Positions 8,815 through 18,326 of a stretch of DNA of 64,000 bases are shown here, piece after piece; position 1 is the stretch's first letter; each line of letters opens with the position of its first letter. A program made the translations under genes and the position numbers. The stretch spans positions 3,968,001-4,032,000 of the forward strand of contig OZ243956.1 of NCBI GenBank assembly GCA_965214405.1, given 5' to 3'. The notes below the pieces were generated by a model. The model saw nothing but the letters and a program-made list of their open reading frames with translations, had not been told where the DNA came from and made no database searches. The stretch comes from Trueperaceae bacterium. Its GTDB lineage: Bacteria; Deinococcota; Deinococci; Deinococcales; Trueperaceae.

Positions 8815-10236
8815 CTAAACCCCCTCAACCACCCCCAATTTTTCATTCAAAATATCCCGAACCAAATCAGGTTTGGCCCGCCCCTTCGTCTCACGCATCA
8901 CCCGACCCAGAAGCGCGTTGACGGCTTTGGGATTGTCTGCGACGCTCTCGACCAACGCCGGATTGTCGCGCATCACCTCGTCCACAATCTTGGCGACGGC
9001 GCTGCTATCGGTAAGCTGCCCCAGCCCGCGCGTTTCAACCAGGCTTCTGGGTTCGCTCCCCGCCATCACTTCGGGCAGAAGGTCTTTGGCGGTTTTGCCC
9101 GAAATCACGCCCGCGTCAACCAGGCTGACGAGCGCAACCAGGTGTTCAGGCGTGAGGCTCGAGGCCCGCAGCGACCTTCCCTCCGCATTAAGCAACCCCG
9201 TCACGTCGCCGTTGAGCCAGTTGGCTAGGGTCTGCGGCTCGCCCTCGTAAGCGTCCAGCGCGGCGTCAAAAAACTCCGCCAGCCCCACGTCGTAAGCGAT
9301 GATGTCCGCGTCGTAGGCGCGCACGCCCAGCGCCACGTAGCGCGCGCGTTTCGCCTCCGGCAGTTCCGGCGTTTTGGCGCGCACCGACTCGAGCCACGCT
9401 TCTGTAATGTGCAAGGGCGGCAAGTCGGGCTCGGGAAAGTAGCGGTAGTCGGCCTCGCCCTCTTTGGTGCGCATAAGATACGTTTTTTGCCCGCCGTCGT
9501 CCCAGCCCATCGTCGCCTGCTGAACCGCGCCGCCGTCTTCCAAAATCCTGCTCTGCCGCCTCGTTTCAAACTCCAAGGCCCGCTGCACGCTCTTGAACGA
9601 GTTTAAGTTCTTCACCTCGACTTTCGTGCCGAACGCTTCACCGGGACGCCGCACCGACACGTTGACGTCGGCGCGCATTTTGCCCTCCTCGGGGTTTGCG
9701 TCGGACACGCCCAGCGCCTGGGCGATGGCGCGGACTTCGTTAAGAAAATCTCTCGCCTCCTCAGGCGTGCGCAAGTCGGGCTCGGTGACCATCTCGACCA
9801 GGGGCGCGCCCGCGCGGTTAAAGTCCACCAGGCTGTATTCGGCGTAGGTCGGGTGGACGAGGCGGCCCGCATCCTCTTCCAAGTGGCAACGCGTAATGCC
9901 GATGCGGCGGCCAGAAAGCTCGAGCCACCCCCCACTTCCCACAGGCCGGTCATACTGCGAAATTTGGTAGTTCTTGGGCGCGTCGGGGTAGAAGTAATTC
10001 TTCCGGTGAAACTGCGTCCGTTCGGGCACCTCGCAGTGCAAGGCCAGAGAGAGCATGATGGCTTTCTCCACCGCCTCGCGGTTGGTCACGGGCAAGGAGC
10101 CGGGCAATCCTAAGCAAACCGGGCAGGTGCTGACGTTGGGACCCCGCCCAAACGAGTCGGCGGGGCAGGCGCAAAAGAGTTTGGTCTGGGTCTTGAGGGC
10201 TAAGTGAACCTCTAAGCCGATCACGGGCTCAAACAT
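8815..10236 (-). CDS. gatB: Asp/Glu-tRNA amidotransferase subunit B
   Basis: [51 protein letters not shown]. Confidence 0.97.
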   Translation of the reverse strand: MFEPVIGLEVHLALKTQTKLFCACPADSFGRGPNVSTCPVCLGLPGSLPVTNREAVEKAIMLSLALHCEVPERTQFHRKNYFYPDAPKNYQISQYDRPVGSGGWLELSGRRIGITRCHLEEDAGRLVHPTYAEYSLVDFNRAGAPLVEMVTEPDLRTPEEARDFLNEVRAIAQALGVSDANPEEGKMRADVNVSVRRPGEAFGTKVEVKNLNSFKSVQRALEFETRRQSRILEDGGAVQQATMGWDDGGQKTYLMRTKEGEADYRYFPEPDLPPLHITEAWLESVRAKTPELPEAKRARYVALGVRAYDADIIAYDVGLAEFFDAALDAYEGEPQTLANWLNGDVTGLLNAEGRSLRASSLTPEHLVALVSLVDAGVISGKTAKDLLPEVMAGSEPRSLVETRGLGQLTDSSAVAKIVDEVMRDNPALVESVADNPKAVNALLGRVMRETKGRAKPDLVRDILNEKLGVVEGV

Positions 10237-10395
10237 AAGAGGCAGTGTACCAGGCTTAAAGATGGGTCTTGCGCCTGACACATTCACACATGCCCGCCTC
10301 TTTTGACACTTTCACCCCGGCCCGCGTTACACTGTGCTCATGACGCGCACAGGGGAAAACGCACGGGTGAGGGGATTAAAAATACAGGTAGACGG

Positions 10396-10821
10396 ATGGT
10401 AAGGGCTACCTTTGAAGACATCGCGGTCGCGGGCGAGGGCAACCAGATTCTGGTGCTCCTTAGGACCGAGGGGGGCGACATCATCTACATGACGATTGAT
10501 TCGCTCCAGGCGATGTCGATTGCGGCGGGCCGGGCCAAAGAGAAGTTCCCGCGCCCCTTGACGCACGACCTCATTTTGTCGATTTTGGAAATGCTCGACG
10601 CGGCCATTAAGCGCATCGAGGTCACCGACTTGACCGACAGCATCTACTACGCCAAGCTGGTGCTCGAGGCGCGCGGCATCGAGTACGACATCGACTGCCG
10701 CCCGAGCGACGCGCTGGCGCTGGCGGTGCGGATGGACGCCCCGCTCTTTATCGCGCAAAAGGTGGTTGACGTGGCCGCCATGACCGACTTTGAGGGAGGT
10801 TCGGGCGGGGTCGAGGCTTAG
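10396..10821 (+). CDS. Bifunctional nuclease family protein (DUF151)
   Basis: RPLTHDL, YYAKL, IDCRPSDALALAVR. Confidence 0.88.
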   Translation: MVRATFEDIAVAGEGNQILVLLRTEGGDIIYMTIDSLQAMSIAAGRAKEKFPRPLTHDLILSILEMLDAAIKRIEVTDLTDSIYYAKLVLEARGIEYDIDCRPSDALALAVRMDAPLFIAQKVVDVAAMTDFEGGSGGVEA

Positions 10822-10854
10822 ACTGGCGGCGAAGACGAGAGATGCAAGATAACG

Positions 10855-10882
10855 GAGGGGCGGATGTTGGTATCCGCCCCTC
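10855..10882. terminator. Hairpin between convergent genes, likely bidirectional terminator
   Basis: GAGGGGCGGAT-N6-ATCCGCCCCTC perfect 11-bp stem. Confidence 0.6.
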
Positions 10883-10909
10883 TACTCATACGTTTGATTT
10901 GTGTGAGGT

Positions 10910-11461
10910 CTACTCGCTGGTTACGACGGCGTCAAAAACCCAATCATTGTCCGCCACCTGACCGTGACAGCCGATGCAGCCTGCGGGTTTGCCCACGGCC
11001 TCTAAAGAGCCGTCAGGAAGATACTTGGCCCAGAACCAGTCGCCCGCCTCGGGGTTGTAGCCCGCCAGCTTGACCATAACGGTCGTGGACTCTAGATTGG
11101 GCTCAAAGTTGGGCACGCTCCGGTCGGCGTTGTCATCGGTCGCGTTGGCGTCCAAGTCCATATCCGTCACATGATTTTCCTTGACGAGAATTGCGCCCGG
11201 CGGGAAGCTGCCGGTCCGGTTCTGCGTGGCGTCGTAGGCGATGTTGTTGTAAAACGTGCGTAAGACCGCCCCGTGGGGCGCGCTACCCGTGTAAAAGCCG
11301 GGCGGCGCTCCGGGTTCGTAGTGCCAGGTGAACTCGTACGCCTGGTTATGGATGGTGTCCCACACGCTTCCCGCAATTTCCTCATCGCTCCCGCTCATTT
11401 GTGCAAACGCGACCACGCCGAGCGTGAAAACCAGGGCGGCTCCAAATATCCAACCTCTCAT
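10910..11461 (-). CDS. Cytochrome P460 family protein, exported
   Basis: Signal peptide, FPPGAILVKEN, VMVK..G..P..GDWFW, C-terminal CIGCH, DWVF. Confidence 0.8.
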   Translation of the reverse strand: MRGWIFGAALVFTLGVVAFAQMSGSDEEIAGSVWDTIHNQAYEFTWHYEPGAPPGFYTGSAPHGAVLRTFYNNIAYDATQNRTGSFPPGAILVKENHVTDMDLDANATDDNADRSVPNFEPNLESTTVMVKLAGYNPEAGDWFWAKYLPDGSLEAVGKPAGCIGCHGQVADNDWVFDAVVTSE

Positions 11462-11758
11462 AAACTTCCCCTTTCCGGGCAAACCGCGTCCTCGAGCACG
11501 CCCCATTTCGCCCCTACACACGTTGACTCAATTTGCTCCTCAAGTCTCGAGCAGAAAAGGGTTGTTTTCCGTTAAATAGACAACGGGCGAGCAACAGGTA
11601 ATGACTGAAGTCACCCTGAGCTCTGTGAGATCTGGATAAAGTTTAATCTCGCCAACGCGATAATCATTGAGACGGCTGAGTTTGGAGTTTGCCTTTTTGA
11701 GAGGGAGCTTCGGTAAAAAGTGAATTCTTGAGAGAAGCTCGAGCCCCACCCCCTTCTG

Positions 11759-12544
11759 TTAGCGCTTCACCTCGAGCACGTGCGCCCCCAACCATTCAGC
11801 CACGCCGTTCTCTTCGGGGGAGGGAATATGTTCGTCGGCGGCGGCCAGCACGTCGGGGTGGACGAAGGGACCCACGGCGACCCCGTGGCCCGCCCACTGC
11901 ATCATCGTCACGTCGTTGACGCCGTCGCCAAAGGCGACCGTGTCACGCTGCGGCACGCCCAGACGTTTGGCGATTAACGCGAGCGCCGCCCCCTTATGAC
12001 CGTTCGCGCCGGTAATCTCCAAAAAGTGATTCTCCCAGAGGTAGAGGACGAGGTCGGGGAATCTTTCGGTAATCTCTGTGTAAATACCGACGCCCGTGTC
12101 AGGGCAGCTAAAGACGATTTTGTCGGCGTCCTCGCCGCTGTAGCTTGTAAACGAGGTGATGCGCTGGTCCAGCGTGTGCGCCCAGTTCCAGCGCTCGTCC
12201 TCGGGGTCGCGCACATAAAGCGTGTCGCCGACGACGCAGGAATACTCGAGGCCCGGCACCTCGCTATATTTCTCCAAAAGAATTCTCACGCGCTCTGCGT
12301 CAATCAGCGCGCGCTGCAACGTTTCCCCCTCCGGCCCCACCACGAGCGCGCCGTGGTTCACGCTGTAGAGCCCGGTCACGCCGAGTTCGTCTAAAAAGGG
12401 CAGCGCCGAAGCTTGCGTGCGCCCCGTGAGCACCGTGACGAAGTGCCCAGCGTCACGCGAGGCGCGAATCGCGCGGTGGATGGCCTTGGGCAGCCGGTTG
12501 TCTTGGGTGATGATGGTGTTGTCTAGGTCAAAAGCGAATAACAT
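11759..12544 (-). CDS. Cof-type HAD-IIB hydrolase
   Basis: FDLDNT, LTGR, KG.AL, AFGDGVND. Confidence 0.9.
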   Translation of the reverse strand: MLFAFDLDNTIITQDNRLPKAIHRAIRASRDAGHFVTVLTGRTQASALPFLDELGVTGLYSVNHGALVVGPEGETLQRALIDAERVRILLEKYSEVPGLEYSCVVGDTLYVRDPEDERWNWAHTLDQRITSFTSYSGEDADKIVFSCPDTGVGIYTEITERFPDLVLYLWENHFLEITGANGHKGAALALIAKRLGVPQRDTVAFGDGVNDVTMMQWAGHGVAVGPFVHPDVLAAADEHIPSPEENGVAEWLGAHVLEVKR

Positions 12545-12717
12545 ACCCCAGCCTACACCCGCTCTGTCAGCTCACGTGGGACCATGCCCACATAAAGGGG
12601 TGATTGCCGAACCTTGGCGGTTAAAGCGGGGGTTGCCTCGAGCGCGCGTCACAAAACATTTCGAGAAGGGAGAACACAACACATAGAACGGCCTTTTCTC
12701 TTCTCCACTCTGCCTTC

Positions 12718-13329
12718 TCACCTTCCGCTCTTCTCCGAGGGCGTGATGGGGGTGAAAACAAATAAAATATGGGAAAGCACGAAAATTGCGACGCCCAAGG
12801 GCGGACGCCACAACGCGACGAGCACGCCCAGCGCGTAGGTTGCCAGCGCCAGCCACAGCCGCTGGTGCATCGCCCAGACGATAGACGTAGGCAAGGTGTC
12901 CGCAACGAGCCTGCGTCCGCGCGTGGCGTAGGCCCACTGGAGGTCGAGCGTAAGCGCCGCCAGCGCGAGCGTTACGCCGTAAACGATGACCGCGAGCTTA
13001 CTCACCGGCCATTCGCCCAGAAGCGCGGCGGGAAAGGGGATAAGCGCGACGAACAGCAAAAACGTGATGCCGAGCCACAGGTGCGCCCGGTCGGTGCGGT
13101 CGGTATAGTGAAACGTCACGTGCTGACCGTTCCAAAAAAGCCCGAGGATGGCGAAAGAGAGCGCGTAGGCGAACAGCCTCGGCCCGATGTCGCTAAGGAG
13201 GGTGGAAAAACTCACGACCTCACCCGCGGCGTCCACCACGCCCAACGAAAGCAGCGTCATGGCGATGGCGAACACCCCGTCGGTGAGCGTGGCGAGTCGG
13301 CTTATCGGTAGCGGGTCGTCTTGCTGCAA
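12718..13329 (-). CDS. TMEM175-family potassium channel
   Basis: RLATLTDGVFAIAMTLL signature, about 6 TM helices, GGAGG RBS before TTG. Confidence 0.87.
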   Translation of the reverse strand: MQQDDPLPISRLATLTDGVFAIAMTLLSLGVVDAAGEVVSFSTLLSDIGPRLFAYALSFAILGLFWNGQHVTFHYTDRTDRAHLWLGITFLLFVALIPFPAALLGEWPVSKLAVIVYGVTLALAALTLDLQWAYATRGRRLVADTLPTSIVWAMHQRLWLALATYALGVLVALWRPPLGVAIFVLSHILFVFTPITPSEKSGR

Positions 13330-13367
13330 GGTTCACCTCCGGCAGGCGTGAGTCGAGCGGCTCGAGC

Positions 13368-13471
13368 CTCACCCCAACGTCTCACCCCAACGTCTCACCC
13401 CAACGTCTCACCCCAACGTCTCACCCCAACGTCTCACTACAACGTCTCACTACAACGTCTCACTACAGCGT
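13368..13471. repeat. Tandem array of 8 x 13 bp
   Basis: 5 x CTCACCCCAACGT, 2 x CTCACTACAACGT, 1 x CTCACTACAGCGT with no spacers. Confidence 0.95.
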
Positions 13472-13552
13472 CCACAGTGCTCGAGGGCGCAAATTACGGG
13501 GACAGAGCAGTTGATGTTTTAGCCTCCACCATCCCCGCCGCACCCGGCTCTA

Positions 13553-13592
13553 AAACCACAAAAACGCGGTTACAAAAAGATTGTAACCGCGT
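13553..13592 (-). terminator. Rho-independent terminator of the DEAD-box gene
   Basis: ACGCGGTTACAA-N5-TTGTAACCGCGT 12-bp stem followed by a T-rich tail on the minus strand. Confidence 0.75.
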
Positions 13593-13620
13593 CGGCAAAC
13601 GTTTGAAAGTCCAGAGGTGC

Positions 13621-15195
13621 TTATCGGTAACGGGCGTCGTTGCTCCGCCGCCTACGGGCGCTTCCGCCCCGGCCCTTCTTCTGCGTTCTTTGCACGGGGC
13701 TCGCCGCAATCGGCGCTTTGGCCTTTTTGATGTTCAAGTCCGTGGTGAGCGCGGGAAGCGTGCCGGGGCGAACGTCCGCGTACGCGCCGGTGGGGGAGAG
13801 CTGGATACGACCCAGGTCGCCCGCGCCCGCTTCTTTGAGGAGTCTGACCACCTGGGCCACGTTGTGGATGGGGCCGCTAAGCTCGAGCGTGACCCAATCT
13901 TCTTCACCCGTCAGCAGGCTGCGCGGGGCGGGTGCGCCGCCCAAAAGAAGCGCCAGGAGTCCCGCGAGCGTGTCCGTGTCGGCGCGCTTCACAAAATCGT
14001 CGGCGACGTCTCTCCACTGTGCTTTATCGTCGGCGCTCTGGGCTTGGGCGTTATGGATGAGGTTGCCCAGCTTGGCGGCCTGAATGCTCTCGGGCGTGGG
14101 CGGGGCCATGCGCTCGAAAGAACGGGACACGGCGCGCTCGAGCATCGACAAGGCGCGGCGCTCCTTGGGTCCGTGAAGCAGCACCACCGTGCCCTCGCGC
14201 CCCGCCCGCCCGGTGCGGCCCGAGCGGTGCTGGTAGGCGTCGGTTTCACCAGGGATGCGGTAGTGGACGACCAAATCGACCTCGGGGATGTCTAGGCCCC
14301 TGGCAGCTACGTTGGTGCCGATAAGGACGCCCACCTGCCCTCCGCGAAAGCGGCCAATCACGCGCTCGCGCTGCGTCTGGTTGAGGTCGCCGTGAATCGC
14401 CTCGGCGGCGTGACCGCGCGCGTTCAGGTCCTTGGCTAAGCGGTCCACCTCCGCCTTGGTGTGGGTGAAAATGATGGCCTTGTCACCCGCTCGAGCGTGC
14501 AAGAGGTCGGAAAGAATGCCTAAGCGGCTCGTTAGGGGCGCTTCGATGGCGAGTTCTTGATAGGTGACTTCTTCGTCTTTGATGAGGTCTAGGTGAACGG
14601 GCTGGCGCAGATGCACGCCCGCGAGCCTTTTGGCCCACCCCGGCAGCGTCGCAGAAAAGAGCATCGTTTGGCGTTCGGCGGGCGTGGCGGCGAGGAGCGT
14701 CTCGACGTCCTCTTCAAAGCCCATTGACAGCATCTCGTCGGCTTCGTCGAGCACCACGACCTCGACCGCGCTGAGGTCTAAAACGCCGCGCCCCAGATAG
14801 TCGAGCGCGCGGCCCGGCGTGGCGACGACCACGTCTACGCCCCTCTTGAGCGCGCTCGCCTGCTGGCCGTAGCCGGTGCCGCCGTAAATCGTCTCAACCT
14901 TGAGGTGCGGGGCGGCCCACTCGAGCTCGCTCGCCACCTGCAACGCGAGTTCGCGCGTCGGGGTAAGGATAAAAGCGCGTGGCGCGCGGCCTCTCGAGTG
15001 GTCGGCTTCTAGGCGGCTGGCGATGGGCAGACCAAAGGCCAGCGTTTTGCCCGTGCCGGTTCTCGCTTGTCCGAGGACGTCCTTGCCGTCGAGCGCGTGA
15101 GGGAGCGCGGCGGCTTGAATGGGTGTGGGGGTGATAAAACCCTTGGCGGCGAGCGCAGAGAGCACCCGCTCGGGGAGCGGCAAGTCGGTAAACAT
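13621..15195 (-). CDS. DEAD-box RNA helicase
   Basis: Q motif, ARTGTGKT, PTRELA, TPGR, DEAD, SAT, ARGLD, HRSGRTGR. Confidence 0.96.
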   Translation of the reverse strand: MFTDLPLPERVLSALAAKGFITPTPIQAAALPHALDGKDVLGQARTGTGKTLAFGLPIASRLEADHSRGRAPRAFILTPTRELALQVASELEWAAPHLKVETIYGGTGYGQQASALKRGVDVVVATPGRALDYLGRGVLDLSAVEVVVLDEADEMLSMGFEEDVETLLAATPAERQTMLFSATLPGWAKRLAGVHLRQPVHLDLIKDEEVTYQELAIEAPLTSRLGILSDLLHARAGDKAIIFTHTKAEVDRLAKDLNARGHAAEAIHGDLNQTQRERVIGRFRGGQVGVLIGTNVAARGLDIPEVDLVVHYRIPGETDAYQHRSGRTGRAGREGTVVLLHGPKERRALSMLERAVSRSFERMAPPTPESIQAAKLGNLIHNAQAQSADDKAQWRDVADDFVKRADTDTLAGLLALLLGGAPAPRSLLTGEEDWVTLELSGPIHNVAQVVRLLKEAGAGDLGRIQLSPTGAYADVRPGTLPALTTDLNIKKAKAPIAASPVQRTQKKGRGGSARRRRSNDARYR

Positions 15196-15384
15196 AAATT
15201 TTCCTTTCCGGGAGGGTCAAAGCTCAGTGTGTAATTGCCGCGAGCATAAAAGCTCGTCAATCACCGCGTTGACCCGTGAGTAGCTTGCTACCTCGCTCAA
15301 TCCCGTACTCAGAACTTACGTTCTTTCCAACGCTCATTATCCAATCAAGGGGTATGCAAGAGGCAAAACTACACAAACCTGTCA

Positions 15385-15414
15385 ATCATAAGGGCTTGGG
15401 GGTGGGGATGTCAA
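15385..15414 (-). promoter_or_regulatory. Sigma70-type promoter of the DEAD-box gene
   Basis: TTGACA-18 nt-TATGAT on the minus strand. Confidence 0.6.
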
Positions 15415-15558
15415 CGGTTGACGCTACCCGAATCGACCATAATCCGGTGGCGACGGTTCAAGGGTGATTTAGTAAATCCACATTTGGTGCGGCAAGCGCA
15501 GGTTTACTTCTCGTTTTGGTGCAAATTTCGCTAAGCTGTAATGAGTGGAGGTGAAGCT

Positions 15559-15746
15559 ATGCAGACCACTGTGACTCTCGACGACGAGGTGTTCCAGGTG
15601 TTGATGGAAATCACCAACGAGACGAACCGGACGCGCGCAGTCCAATGGCGGTTGAACGTTTTGTTCGAGACGCCAAACTCGAGCGCCTGAGGCAGCTCAA
15701 AGGTAAGGTATCCGTTCTCAGTAACAACGAGATTGAGGCGGGTTGA
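15559..15746 (+). pseudogene. Frameshifted VapB-like antitoxin
   Basis: GGAGGTG RBS; MQTTVTLDDEVFQVLMEITNETNRTRAVQ, then a frameshift near 15645 to MAVERFVRDAKLERLRQLKGKV; no adjacent toxin. Confidence 0.65.
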
Positions 15747-15778
15747 ACGAACTCGATCGGCGGGGTAGCTGATTCGTT

Positions 15779-16453
15779 TCAGCCAGAGACTCCGTTTTTC
15801 GATGTTGACCTGAGCACCTCGAGCACAAACCTTACATCTCCGAGCGCGCGGTGACTCTTATGAAGGTCAAACAAATGCGTCAGCCCTTCGTCGGCGATGG
15901 CCTTGTGGAGGCCGCGGGCGCGCGTGGCGTGTTTTCGCGCGTAAAGGCGCATGGCGCAGACGAAAAGCCAGCTCGGGTGGGGGAGACCCCACAAGGCGCT
16001 CGAGCCCTCGAGCATCCGGGCATCAAACGAGGCGTTCCAAGCGAGGACGGTGCGGCGGTCGGCTAAATCGGCGAGCGCGGGCAGCACTGTGGGCCAGGTG
16101 GGCGCGTCGGCGAGCATGTCCAAGGTGATGTTGTGAACGCGCTGCGCGAAAGGGTTCATGGTGAGGACCTTGGGCTTTACAAGCGTGTCTAGCAGCGTCT
16201 CGCCCTTCGTGTTGATGACCGAGACCTCGATAACCTCGGCCCGCTTGCCCGTCCCCGTGGTTTCGGTGTCGAGGATGAGCACGTCGTCGCGCTCTAAAAG
16301 ATGACGAATCGCCGCGTCAACCTTGCCACTCTCCTGCACTTTGGCCTGTGCGTCGCGGCAACCCCCGCAAAGCCCGCGTTTGAGCGGGCGGTGGGTGGGG
16401 ACGGTGTACCCGCAGGCGACGCAGGTTTGTGTGGGCTCGAGGGTGTGCATCAT
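15779..16453 (-). CDS. DEDDh 3'-5' exonuclease with N-terminal Cys4 motif
   Basis: LDTETTG, WNASFD, HRALGD; CVAC...CGGC at the N-terminus. Confidence 0.85.
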   Translation of the reverse strand: MMHTLEPTQTCVACGYTVPTHRPLKRGLCGGCRDAQAKVQESGKVDAAIRHLLERDDVLILDTETTGTGKRAEVIEVSVINTKGETLLDTLVKPKVLTMNPFAQRVHNITLDMLADAPTWPTVLPALADLADRRTVLAWNASFDARMLEGSSALWGLPHPSWLFVCAMRLYARKHATRARGLHKAIADEGLTHLFDLHKSHRALGDVRFVLEVLRSTSKNGVSG

Positions 16454-16617
16454 TACCCTAATCTAACAGATGGCGCGGAGGGGCTTTCCCTCCTGCGAAA
16501 CGTGTGTCTGCCCGCCTGCGCTGCGGATTCGGAGCTTTGTAACGACGCTCTAGCTGCCGGACTGGACTTAGCGAGCGTACGAAAGCAGGTTCATTTTTAG
16601 GAAGGTTGTCTCTCACA

Positions 16618-16643
16618 TAACAAGGGGTTGCAACCCCTTGTTA
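16618..16643. repeat. Perfect 26-bp palindrome
   Basis: TAACAAGGGGTTGCAACCCCTTGTTA equals its own reverse complement. Confidence 0.9.
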
Positions 16644-16769
16644 CCCCCTGTTTGTTCAGTTTGTGGAACGCGAGGGATTCTTCAAAAGAGTTTACGGCGA
16701 TTTTATACGATCATCTTTCGCCACACCGCTACGCTGCACCATTGCACCCTGCGGGACACGCTTTCTAGT

Positions 16770-18125
16770 ATGCTTAACGTCATGAATGTTGTCATCGTCG
16801 GCGGCGGCGAAATTGGGTCGCAAATTGCCGATGCCCTCCACCGCTCGCATAACATCACGATTCTCGACAGCGACGAAAGTCGCGCCCAAACATTCGACAC
16901 TATGGACGTCCGCTTTATGGTCGGCAACGGCGCGGATCCCGAGGACCTGCGGACGGCGGGCACCGCTCAGGCGCAGGCCTTTATCGCCTGCACGACCAAC
17001 GACGACGTGAACGTCTTGGCCTGCTTGGCCGCCAAGGGTTTGGGCGCGCGTGAGACGATGGCCTTTGTGACGCAGAAGCGCTACCTGCACGCCTTTTCGC
17101 CTCAGGGCGCGATGGAGGGCGTGGGGCTGGCCATCGACCGGGTGCTGTGGCCTCAGCGTACGCTCGCGCGTCAGATTGTCGATATCGTGCGGGTACCGCG
17201 GGCGTTAGACAGCGCCTCCTTTGGCGAGGGGCGCATCAAGCTGTTGGAATATAAGCTCGAGCCCCACGATCCCTTTGTCGGCAAGCCCTTGTCCGGCGTG
17301 AATTTGCCCGAGAGCGCGCTCGTGGTGGGGTCAATCCGGGGCGAGAGCTTTATCATCCCTTCGGGTAAGACGGTCTTGTGTCCGGACGACAAGGTGGTGT
17401 TTATGGGCACGACTGCAAGTATGCGCACCGTCGAATCGCGCTTTGCGCCCCGCAAGAGAACGATGAACGTCGTGATTATCGGCGGCGGCAACGTGGGCTA
17501 CATGGTGGCCGAGGGGCTTCAGGAGGTGCGCGCCAGCATCACCATCATCGAGCAGGACGAGGCGCGCTGCGAACGCTTGGCGCGGCACCTCCCCAGGGCA
17601 CTGGTCTTGCGCGGCGACGGCACCGACTTGGAGCTTTTAGAGCAAGAGCGCATCGAGGACGCGGACGTACTCATCGCCGTGACCGACGACGACGGGAAAA
17701 ACTTGCTGGTGTCGCTCCTTGGCAAACAGCTCGCCATCCCCAAGGTGATTACCCGCGTGGGCCACGCGCGCAACCGGCGCACCTTTGAGCTTGTGGGTAT
17801 CGACATCGCGCTTACGCCCCGCACCGCCGCGGTGCAAGAGGTGCTCAACTGGCTCCACTTGGACCAGGTGGACCATCTGGCCTCGATTGAAGGCCGTGCC
17901 GAGGTGATGGAAGTCACCTATCCCAAAACCTGCGAGATGGGCCGGGTGAGAGACTTGGGCGCGCCCCCGCGGAGTCTCATCGGCGCGATTTTACGGGGTC
18001 AAGAGGTTATCGTTCCCCACGGCGACACGCTCATTCGGCACGACGACCACCTCTTTATTGTGACCACGCCCGACAACGTAGACGCGGTGGAGCGGTGGCT
18101 CGAGGCCCAGCGGGTAAGCGCCTAA
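16770..18125 (+). CDS. trkA: Trk potassium uptake NAD-binding subunit
   Basis: Two RCK_N (IVGGGEIG, IIGGGNVG) plus RCK_C domains; start 16770 or 16782. Confidence 0.92.
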   Translation: MLNVMNVVIVGGGEIGSQIADALHRSHNITILDSDESRAQTFDTMDVRFMVGNGADPEDLRTAGTAQAQAFIACTTNDDVNVLACLAAKGLGARETMAFVTQKRYLHAFSPQGAMEGVGLAIDRVLWPQRTLARQIVDIVRVPRALDSASFGEGRIKLLEYKLEPHDPFVGKPLSGVNLPESALVVGSIRGESFIIPSGKTVLCPDDKVVFMGTTASMRTVESRFAPRKRTMNVVIIGGGNVGYMVAEGLQEVRASITIIEQDEARCERLARHLPRALVLRGDGTDLELLEQERIEDADVLIAVTDDDGKNLLVSLLGKQLAIPKVITRVGHARNRRTFELVGIDIALTPRTAAVQEVLNWLHLDQVDHLASIEGRAEVMEVTYPKTCEMGRVRDLGAPPRSLIGAILRGQEVIVPHGDTLIRHDDHLFIVTTPDNVDAVERWLEAQRVSA

Positions 18126-18326
18126 ACGCTCGAGTCACCCTGAGCAAAACCGTTTCTCGGAGCTAAATTTGGGAGATAGAGAAAGGAGAACGGGACGGAC
18201 GCCTTCTGTTCTCTTTTAACCTTTTCGCCACATTTTCTGTACCTCTTGGCAGCGCGTGCAGAGGGTGAGTTTCTGAAACGCCTCGAGTGATTTGTATACG
18301 CAAGTTCATACGATAAGATAAGCCCC

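Noticed and set aside
11540..11749. 69-aa ORF or c-di-GMP riboswitch (GGCAAAC)
   Set aside because: No RBS or motif support; the second riboswitch stem is missing
13368..13471. CRISPR array
   Set aside because: 13-bp units are contiguous with no spacers, and there are no cas genes
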